From Longivirga aurantiaca (GTDB lineage Bacteria > Actinomycetota > Actinomycetes > S36-B12 > CAIYMF01), in the NCBI RefSeq assembly GCF_042660085.1, contig NZ_JBHSTI010000002.1, positions 240,001 through 272,000 of the forward strand: DNA of 32,000 nt. The letters run 5' to 3'. The notes below the pieces were generated by a model. The model was not told the origin of the DNA and ran no database searches. It worked only from the letters and a program-made list of their open reading frames with translations. Of the stretch, positions 8,083 to 14,666 are shown piece after piece (positions within the stretch are counted from its first letter, which is position 1; the number at the start of each line of letters is the position of its first letter). Both the position numbers and the translations under genes were made by a program.

Positions 8083-9251
8083 CGGCGTACCTCCCACTCG
8101 ACGCCGTCGGCGGTGTCGCGCACCTCCACGCCCGCCCCGGCCAGACCGTCGCGGATCGCGTCGCTGTCGGCCCAGCGCTTCTCGGCCCGAGCCGACGTGC
8201 GGAGCGTCAGGAGCACCTCGACCAGGGGCCGCACGGTCTCCGTGACGTCGACGGGCTCGCCCACGGCAGCGGCGGTACGTGCCAGCAGCGACCGCACCAC
8301 GCTGCGCTCGTCGTCGCTCGTCGCCATCCGGTCGAGCTCGCCGACCAGGGCGATCGCGCGGGCCACGTCGCCGTCCGAGAGCGCCGCCTCGACCGTGGAC
8401 GCGTCGAGGGCGTCGGCAGCCGGAGCAGCCACGGCGACCGGTGACGGGGCGCCGGAACCTGCGCCGTGCGAGGCGATCTCGTCGATCGTCGTGGTGTCTC
8501 CGGCGTTGAGGACCCACTCGTCGCCGTGCACGCGCACGACCACCGTTCCCTTGCCCACGACCTCGCAGACCCGCGAGTCGAGGTCGATCACGAGGCCGGT
8601 GTGCTCGTCGACTCCGAGCACGAACGCATCGTCCGGCAGCTGCGCCTCGAGCGCGACGAGGCGACGCTCGCCGAGCCAGCAGAAGCGGGTGTCGTGCGTG
8701 CCGCCCTCCGCGTTGTTCCAGTGCGGTACGACGGCCGCGCGCAGACCGGTGGCACGGCCCACGACGTCGAGCCCGTCGAGCCAGCGCGGCGTCTCGCCGA
8801 CCTTGTAGATCTCGTAGACCGGGATCGTGAGCAGCCCGAGCGTGAGGGCCGCCGCGCTCGCGAACGTGACGGCGCCGCCCTCGGCGAGCCGTGCGTGCAA
8901 AGCATCCGGCACCGCGCTGCCCGCCCACGTGCGCAGCGCGTACGACGGCGAGCCCGGGCCGGCGAAGATCCAGTCGGCAGCGCGGAGCCTCGCCATCTCC
9001 TCGGCGTGCTGCACGGGGTCCGGAGCGGGTGCCGAGCGGAAGCTGACCGCCTCGACCGTGCGGCCGACGCTCTCGCGGAAGTACTGCTGGGCCTTCTCGG
9101 TGAGCTCGTCGGCGTTCTCCTGGAAGCCGTACGGCGAGTCGAGGAGGACGGCACGGACGTCGGTGCCGAGCCTGGCGAAGGTCTTCTGATGCGGGGTGAC
9201 CATCGTCGGGCTGGTCTCGCCCGAGCCGAGGATCGTCAGGACACGGGTCAC
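8079..9251 (-). CDS. S51/cyanophycinase-like paralogue fused to a C-terminal CysRS-like helical domain; function unknown
   Basis: GTG start ([16 protein letters not shown]). The N-terminal ~255 aa are paralogous to the downstream gene (GSGE, [28 protein letters not shown]). The C-terminal ~130 aa (aa 261-390) end in [36 protein letters not shown]. That closely mirrors the extreme C-terminus of class I cysteinyl-tRNA synthetases (recalled E. coli CysRS: [36 protein letters not shown]). An alternative in-frame GTG lies at 9269. Confidence 0.7.
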   Translation of the reverse strand: [390 protein letters not shown]

Positions 9252-9256
9252 CCCGC

Positions 9257-9280
9257 GATCATCGCCCACGGGCGACGATC
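9257..9280. promoter_or_regulatory. Imperfect inverted repeat immediately upstream of the S51 operon start
   Basis: GATCATCGCCC-AC-GGGCGACGATC has 11-bp arms with one mismatch and lies 6 to 29 nt upstream of the GTG at 9251. It could be an operator or a 5'-UTR hairpin. Confidence 0.25.
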
Positions 9281-9331
9281 GTGCGTGCGCGCGGGGGAAG
9301 TGTTCACCGAGGGCGCAGCCTCCTGCGGCGG

Positions 9332-10042
9332 TCAGGCAAGTGCGAGCGACGTGCCGGTGACGCGCATGACGTAGTCGAAGAAGGTGTCGAGGTCGTTGAT
9401 CGTGTTGGTGAACTGGCCGTCGAGCTCGAGGCTGATGTGGCCGAAGAGCTGCGTGCGGGCCATGACGCCGCCCACCAGCATGGAGTCGGGGATCTCGTAG
9501 GGCAGGAAGTCCTTGAGGCCCTGCATGGACGCGGACACGGCCTCGGGCACCTCGGTCTCCGCCGGCGCGCGGCCGGCCTGGAGGGCGTCGCCCAGCACCT
9601 GGGTCAGCGTGATCGATACCCGGGTGCCGGGGCCGATGGTGTCCTCGGGCGCCTTGTAGCCGGGCACGGGCGAGCCGTAGATGAGCGCCCATTCCTGCGG
9701 GTGGGCGAGGGCCCAGTCGCGGGTCGCATGGCAGACGGCCATCCAGCGGCCCAGGTAGTCGTCGCGCGCGAACGCCGCATCGGCCTGCTCGGCGACATCC
9801 CCGACGGCGTTGTAGGCGTCGATGATCAGCCGGGTCAGGAGGTCGTCGCGGCTGGGGAAGTAGCGGTAGATCGCGCTGCTGACCATGCCCAGCTCGCGCG
9901 CGACGGCGCGGAGGCTGAGGCCCGACGGCCCCTCGGAGACGAGCTGACGGCGCGCTGCCTCGACGATCTCGCGGGTGAGCTCGGCGCGGGCCCGGGCGCG
10001 CGCCGTACGCGGGGCTGCCTCAGGTGCTGCGGACTCGGTCAC
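9332..10042 (-). CDS. TetR/AcrR-family transcriptional regulator
   Basis: N-terminal HTH: LSLRAVARELGMVSSAIYRYFPSRDDLLTRLI. The size (236 aa) is typical, and the gene is divergent from an oxidoreductase/transporter pair. Confidence 0.9.
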   Translation of the reverse strand: MTESAAPEAAPRTARARARAELTREIVEAARRQLVSEGPSGLSLRAVARELGMVSSAIYRYFPSRDDLLTRLIIDAYNAVGDVAEQADAAFARDDYLGRWMAVCHATRDWALAHPQEWALIYGSPVPGYKAPEDTIGPGTRVSITLTQVLGDALQAGRAPAETEVPEAVSASMQGLKDFLPYEIPDSMLVGGVMARTQLFGHISLELDGQFTNTINDLDTFFDYVMRVTGTSLALA

Positions 10043-10072
10043 GACGCCGATGATGCCACAGGAAGGAGAGCG

Positions 10073-10140
10073 GTGAGCACTTCTGTGAGCACCGATCTTG
10101 ACACATGGCAGTGCACCGCTCCATAGTGTGAGCAGTGCTC
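10073..10140. promoter_or_regulatory. Divergent promoter/operator region with a repeated GTGAGCA motif and the palindrome GAGCAGTGCTC
   Basis: GTGAGCAC occurs at 10073 and 10085, and GTGAGCA at 10128 merges into the 11-bp palindrome GAGCAGTGCTC (10130..10140). TTGACA (10098..10103), an 18-nt spacer and CATAGT (10122..10127) form a sigma70-like promoter facing the + strand gene. The palindrome would overlap the predicted transcription start. Confidence 0.4.
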
Positions 10141-10176
10141 TCGGAACGCGAGGGCAACGAGAGCCAGGAGCACCTC

Positions 10177-11121
10177 ATGAGCCGCACCCACCTCGTCGTC
10201 GGCGCCGGACCCATCGGGTCCGCCGTCGCCCGCCGCCTGCTCGCCGCCGGCGACACCGTCCGCGTCGTGACCCGGTCCGGCAGCGGCCCCGAGGGCACCG
10301 AGCGCATCGCCGCCGATGCCGCCGACGCCGACCGGATGGCGCAGCTCGCCACCGGTGCCGACGTCGTCTACAACTGCGTGAACCCGCAGTACCACCGCTG
10401 GGTCACCGACTGGCCGCCGGTCGCCGCTGCGCTGCTCGGGGCCGCCGAGAAGTCCGGCGCGGTGCTCGTGACGACGGCGAACCTGTACGGCTACGGCCCG
10501 GTCGACCGGCCGATGACCGAGGACCTGCCGCTCGCCGGCACCTACTCCAAGGCCCAGGTGCGCAACCGGATGTGGCTCGACGCGCTCGCCGCCCACGAGG
10601 CCGGGCGCGTGCGCGTCACCGAGGCGCGCGGCGCCGACTACATCGGGCCGGGTGCGGAGAGCCACCTGGGCGACCGCGTCCTGCCGAAGCTGCTGGCAGG
10701 GAAGAAGGTCTCGGTGATGGCGAGCCTCGACTCGACACACACGTGGACCTACACCGAGGACATGGCCGCGACGCTCGTGGCCCTCGGCGCCGACGAGCGC
10801 GCCTGGGGCCGGCCGTGGCACGTGCCGAGCGCGCTCACGATGAGCCAGCGCGAGGCGATCACCGAGCTCGCGCGTCTCGCCGGCGTCGCGACGCCGAAGA
10901 TGGGGGAGTACCCCGCCTGGATGATCAGGGCCATGGGCGTCTTCAGCCCGCTGATGCGCGAGCTGCCCGACGTCGCGTACCAGATGACGGACGACTTCGT
11001 CCTCGACTCGAGCGCCGCCCAGCGCGAGCTCGGCCTGGTGCCGACGCCGGCCGCCGACGTGCTCGCTGCCCACCTCGCGCCGTACCTCGCGACGCCGAAC
11101 GCCGCCCAGCACGCCGCCTGA
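10177..11121 (+). CDS. NAD-dependent epimerase/dehydratase-family (extended SDR) protein
   Basis: ATG preceded by AGGAG 6 nt upstream. It has the Rossmann motif VVGAGPIGSAVARRLL and a length (314 aa) typical of the family. The track ORF start at 10135 lacks an SD sequence. Confidence 0.8.
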   Translation: MSRTHLVVGAGPIGSAVARRLLAAGDTVRVVTRSGSGPEGTERIAADAADADRMAQLATGADVVYNCVNPQYHRWVTDWPPVAAALLGAAEKSGAVLVTTANLYGYGPVDRPMTEDLPLAGTYSKAQVRNRMWLDALAAHEAGRVRVTEARGADYIGPGAESHLGDRVLPKLLAGKKVSVMASLDSTHTWTYTEDMAATLVALGADERAWGRPWHVPSALTMSQREAITELARLAGVATPKMGEYPAWMIRAMGVFSPLMRELPDVAYQMTDDFVLDSSAAQRELGLVPTPAADVLAAHLAPYLATPNAAQHAA

Positions 11122-11229
11122 CGGACGCGAGTTGCTGCCCGAATGCGCGTTGAAGGCTCGGCTTCAGCGACGATGTGGGCAGTAACTCGGAGGACCTGAG
11201 CGCGCGTCCGGGGGTCGTACGGCGATCGC

Positions 11230-12468
11230 GTGTGGGAGCGTGCGGCGGTGAGCACACCGACCTCGGGCACCGGAACGGCGACACATCCGCTCGACCTGAC
11301 GCGGGCTCGTCTCGCCGTCACGGTCGCGTTCGTCGTGCAGGGCGTGTGCTTCGCCGCGCTGGTCACGCGCATCCCCACGCTGCAGTCGCGCTTCGACCTC
11401 TCCGACGGCGAGCTCGGCCTCATGGTCGGGCTCGTGCCGATCGTGGCCGGGATCGGCAGCGTGGTCGCCGGTGCGCTGTCGCCGAGGCACGGCAGCCGGA
11501 TCGTGCTCCGCGTCATGGGCCCGGTGACGCCGCTCGGTCTCGTGGTCATCGGGTTCGCGCAGAGCATCCCGATGCTCATCCTCGGCATGGTGGTCGTCGG
11601 CATCGGGCTCGGCTCGGTCGACGCCTCGATGAACATCCAGGGCGTGCGCGTGCAGGACGACCTCGGGCACAGCGTCGTCGCGTCGTACTACGCCGCGTTC
11701 AGCCTCGCCGGGCTCGTGGGCGCGGTGCTCGCCTCCTTCGCCGCCGACTCCGCCCTCTCGCTCGGCGGCTTCTTCCTCGCCATCGCGGTCGTCGTGGTCC
11801 CGTTCCAGCTGCTCGTAGGGCGCCTGCTCCTGCCCGGCCACCCGACCCCCGACGTGGTGCAGTCGGAGAAGGGCCACATCAGCTGGCGTCCGGTGATCCT
11901 GGTCGGCATCGCGCTCATGTGCGTCTACATCGCCGACTCCGGCGCCTCCAACTGGAGCGCCGTCTACCTCAACGACGGCCTCGGCAGCAGCGAGAGCACC
12001 GCCGCCCTGGCCTACGGCGTGTACGCGTTCATGACCATGGTCGGCCGCATCGTCGTCGACCGGTACGTCGACCGCATCGGCCCGGTGCCGCTCGTGCGGA
12101 TCGGTGGGTTCATCGCGGTGGCCGCAGCCCTCGCCCTCGCCGTCGCGCCGTCACCGGCGCTCGCGCTCGTCGCGTTCGGCATCCTCGGCCTCGGCATCTG
12201 CCCCGCGATCCCGCTCGCCTTCTCCGCGGCCGCCTCGCACGACAAGGCCGCGAGCGGCGTGGCCGTCGCCCGCGTCAACGTCTTCAACTACGCGGGTTTC
12301 GTGGTCGGCGCGCCGCTCATCGGTGGGATCGCCGAGGGGGTGGGCCTGCGCTGGGCGTTCGCCGCCCTCGTGCCCGTGCTGCTCGTCGTCCCGCTGCTGG
12401 CGGGCTGGTTCCGGATCGCGCCGCACGAGGCGCCCGACACCGTCGTCGACGGCGCCGTCACCGCCTGA
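11230..12468 (+). CDS. MFS transporter
   Basis: About 12 predicted TM segments and good GC3 bias. It sits downstream of the TetR-controlled candidate promoter and the epimerase-like gene. The start is ambiguous: GTG at 11230, or GTG at 11248 with GGGAG about 10 nt upstream. Confidence 0.8.
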   Translation: MWERAAVSTPTSGTGTATHPLDLTRARLAVTVAFVVQGVCFAALVTRIPTLQSRFDLSDGELGLMVGLVPIVAGIGSVVAGALSPRHGSRIVLRVMGPVTPLGLVVIGFAQSIPMLILGMVVVGIGLGSVDASMNIQGVRVQDDLGHSVVASYYAAFSLAGLVGAVLASFAADSALSLGGFFLAIAVVVVPFQLLVGRLLLPGHPTPDVVQSEKGHISWRPVILVGIALMCVYIADSGASNWSAVYLNDGLGSSESTAALAYGVYAFMTMVGRIVVDRYVDRIGPVPLVRIGGFIAVAAALALAVAPSPALALVAFGILGLGICPAIPLAFSAAASHDKAASGVAVARVNVFNYAGFVVGAPLIGGIAEGVGLRWAFAALVPVLLVVPLLAGWFRIAPHEAPDTVVDGAVTA

Positions 12469-12526
12469 GCCGACACAGCCGCGAATCGGCTGCGAGCGTC
12501 GTCGCGCGGCTGCCACCATCACGCTC

Positions 12527-12892
12527 ATGGGGATGCAGACGCAGGTGACCGAGGCCCGGCTCGTCAACTCGAGGGCGGGCCTGACGCAGCGTCGGCTGCT
12601 CGTGGCCGCCTGGGTCATGGCCGCGCTGCTCGCCGCCCTCGTCGTTGCCCTGCTGGTGCAGGGAGCGCGCCTCGCCGAGCTGGAGAGGTCCGTGCAGCAG
12701 TCGACGCAGTCCGGCGGCTTCAGCGGCAGCGACGCCTCGACCTCGATGCAGCTCGACCAGGTCTGCCGCCTGCTCGGCGCGGTGGCGCAGAAGGACGGCG
12801 TCCCTCTCGCGGCCGTGTTCGACGGAGAGACGATGTCCACCTGCGAGGCGGCAGCCGGCAAGGGCGCCTCGGCAGTCCGCGCCGCCGGCTGA
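12527..12892 (+). CDS. Hypothetical membrane-anchored protein (121 aa)
   Basis: The ATG-started part of track ORF 12104..12892 that lies beyond the MFS stop. It has a single N-terminal TM segment (LLVAAWVMAALLAALVVALLV), then a soluble tail with 2 Cys. Codon bias is coding-like, and a strong terminator follows. I did not recognise any family. Confidence 0.5.
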   Translation: MGMQTQVTEARLVNSRAGLTQRRLLVAAWVMAALLAALVVALLVQGARLAELERSVQQSTQSGGFSGSDASTSMQLDQVCRLLGAVAQKDGVPLAAVFDGETMSTCEAAAGKGASAVRAAG

Positions 12893-12907
12893 TCAGAGCC
12901 TGAACGC

Positions 12908-12940
12908 GACAGCCCCCGCCTCGGTGAGGCGGGGGCTGTC
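12908..12940. terminator. Perfect 13-bp GC-rich stem-loop between convergent genes
   Basis: GACAGCCCCCGCC-tcggtga-GGCGGGGGCTGTC lies 15 nt after the + strand stop and 15 nt after the helicase stop on the - strand. Confidence 0.7.
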
Positions 12941-12955
12941 GGACGTTCGGGGCGG

Positions 12956-14227
12956 TCAGGCCTGACGGGACTCGCGCGCCGTGCGCGAGCCGGTGAGCTC
13001 GGCGAGCTTCACCGAGCCGGGCTCGACCTCGTGCTCCTCGGCGGAGACGCCGGCCTTCTCGTGCAGGCGCTGCATGCCCTTGCGCTGGTTGCGCAGCACG
13101 AGGGTGACGACGCGGCCCTCGGCACCGGCGCGCGCCGTACGGCCGGCACGGTGCAGGTAGGCCTTGGGGTCCTCCGGCGGGTCGACGTGGACGACCAGCG
13201 AGATGTCGTCGACGTGGATGCCGCGGGCGGCGACGTCGGTGGCGACGAGGACGTCGATGCGCCCCTCCTTGAACTCCGCCATCGTGCGCGTGCGCGCGTT
13301 CTGGCTCATGCCGCCGTGCAGGGCGCGGGCGTTCACGCCGCGGTCGGCGATGTTGCCGGCCACGCGCTCGGCGCCGAGCTGCGACCGGACGAACATGATC
13401 GTGCGGCCGTCGCGGCGCGCGATCTCGGTGGCGACGACTGCCTTGTCCTCGCGGTTCACGACGAGCACGTGGTGCTCCATCGTGTCGACCGGCGAGGTCT
13501 CGGCGTCGAGCTCGTGGCGCACCGGCTCGTGCATGTGCTCGCGGACGATGGTGTCGACGTCGCCGTCGAGGGTCGCGGAGAAGAGCAGCGTCTGCGCCGC
13601 GGGGGAGCAGAGCTCGAGCAGCGCGGTGACCTCGGGCAGGAAGCCCATGTCGCACATCTGGTCGGCCTCGTCGAGCACGACCATCTCGACGTCGTCGAGG
13701 AGGCACTCGCCCTGGCGGATCAGGTCGGCGATGCGGCCCGGGGTGGCGACGAGGACGTCGACGCCGCGGCGCAGCGCGTAGACCTGCTTCTCCATCGAGG
13801 TGCCGCCGACGACGGTCTTGAAGTGCAGGCCGAGCGAGCGGCCGAGGGGCTCGAGCGCGTCGTTGACCTGCATGGCGAGCTCGCGCGTCGGCACGAGGAT
13901 CACGGCGCGGGGGTGCTTCGGCTGCGCAGGCATGCCCGCGATGCGGGCGATGAGCGGGAGGCCGAAGGCGAGGGTCTTGCCCGAGCCCGTGCTGCCGCGG
14001 CCGAGCAGGTCGTTGCCGGCGAGGGCGTCCGGGATGGTCTCGGCCTGGATCGGGAACGGCGAGGCGATGCCGGCCTTGAGCAGCGCGGCGACGAGCGGCG
14101 CGGGCAGGCCCAGCGACGCGAACGTGGGGGCGCTGTCGACCTCGACGGCGGGGGCGGAGGGGTCGGAGACGACGGCATGCGTCGTACGGTCGAGCAGGGT
14201 GGTCACGGGGTATCCAGACGGGTTCAT
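12956..14227 (-). CDS. DEAD-box ATP-dependent RNA helicase
   Basis: Q-motif SPFPIQ, motif I GSTGSGKTLAF, Ia PTRELA, II VLDEADQM, III SAT and VI HRAGRTAR are all present. The start is placed at the ATG of MNPSGYPV; the track ORF extends 57 codons further. Confidence 0.9.
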   Translation of the reverse strand: MNPSGYPVTTLLDRTTHAVVSDPSAPAVEVDSAPTFASLGLPAPLVAALLKAGIASPFPIQAETIPDALAGNDLLGRGSTGSGKTLAFGLPLIARIAGMPAQPKHPRAVILVPTRELAMQVNDALEPLGRSLGLHFKTVVGGTSMEKQVYALRRGVDVLVATPGRIADLIRQGECLLDDVEMVVLDEADQMCDMGFLPEVTALLELCSPAAQTLLFSATLDGDVDTIVREHMHEPVRHELDAETSPVDTMEHHVLVVNREDKAVVATEIARRDGRTIMFVRSQLGAERVAGNIADRGVNARALHGGMSQNARTRTMAEFKEGRIDVLVATDVAARGIHVDDISLVVHVDPPEDPKAYLHRAGRTARAGAEGRVVTLVLRNQRKGMQRLHEKAGVSAEEHEVEPGSVKLAELTGSRTARESRQA

Positions 14228-14355
14228 CGAGCGCGGTCGCGTCAATGAAAGTCTTCCCAGGTGACGCGGAGTGATCACCACGGTAGCGGGTGACCCCCGG
14301 ATCGACCGAATCGTGCTCAGCCGCCGTACGCCGCCGAGCACCCGCCGTGAGCACG

Positions 14356-14369
14356 GTTCCCGCGGGAAC
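14356..14369. promoter_or_regulatory. Perfect 14-bp palindrome GTTCCCGCGGGAAC in a divergent intergenic region
   Basis: It lies 53 nt upstream of the small membrane protein ATG and 129 nt upstream of the helicase start. This is a candidate operator or hairpin. Confidence 0.3.
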
Positions 14370-14421
14370 GGGAGACGGAGGTCACCCGCGCGGAGCACGC
14401 CCGGAGGAGCAGAGTAGGGGC

Positions 14422-14607
14422 ATGGCGAAGAACAGCAGCACGGGTGCAGGCGCCGGCGGCGGCGCGGTCTACGGCCTCGGCCTCATCGGCGCGGCGGTCT
14501 GGTACTGGCAGCAGGCGGACGGCTTCGGCGGCCACATCGTGGGCCTGCTCAAGGCCCTGGTCTGGCCGGCGTTCGTGGTCTACGACCTCCTGGCCCACAT
14601 CTCCTAG
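14422..14607 (+). CDS. Small hydrophobic protein (61 aa, two predicted TM helices)
   Basis: MAKNSSTGAGAGGGAVYGLGLIGAAVWYWQQADGFGGHIVGLLKALVWPAFVVYDLLAHIS. It has an ATG start with GGAGGAG 12 nt upstream and coding-like GC3 bias. Confidence 0.55.
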   Translation: MAKNSSTGAGAGGGAVYGLGLIGAAVWYWQQADGFGGHIVGLLKALVWPAFVVYDLLAHIS

Positions 14608-14608
14608 G

Positions 14609-14660
14609 GCTACCCGGGTAAGCAGAGTGCGCTCTACCGCACGGTGGTTACCCGGGTAAC
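14609..14660. repeat. Two copies of the palindrome TACCCGGGTA (the second extended to the 14-bp GTTACCCGGGTAAC) between convergent genes; a possible bidirectional terminator
   Basis: TACCCGGGTA occurs at 14611..14620, and GTTACCCGGGTAAC at 14647..14660. The two copies can also pair with each other (11 bp) around a 26-nt loop that contains the mini-palindrome AGAGTGCGCTCT. Confidence 0.45.
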
Positions 14661-14666
14661 GCGGAG

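Noticed and set aside
7381-8928. 5' over-extended track ORFs: 3846..5036, 4450..5793, 7381..8928, 8079..9692, 16201..18285, 26337..27797 and 30574..31938.
   Set aside because: In each case the N-terminal part is an Arg/Pro-rich read-through into the neighbouring gene. The family-like sequence begins at an internal ATG or GTG, often with an SD sequence or an ATGA/GTGA overlap with the upstream stop. I reported the trimmed coordinates instead.
7381-9251. The S51 pair as a cyanophycin-degradation (cphB/cphE) locus.
   Set aside because: No cyanophycin synthetase (cphA) or isoaspartyl dipeptidase gene is present anywhere in the 32-kb window. The similarity is at the fold and motif level only.
10135-10176. 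The upstream GTG start (10135) for the epimerase-like gene and the TTG start (24093) for pstC, as given by the ORF track.
   Set aside because: Internal ATG codons at 10177 (AGGAG 6 nt upstream) and 24084 fit ribosome-binding and family N-termini better. Position 10135 would also place the start inside the predicted operator palindrome.
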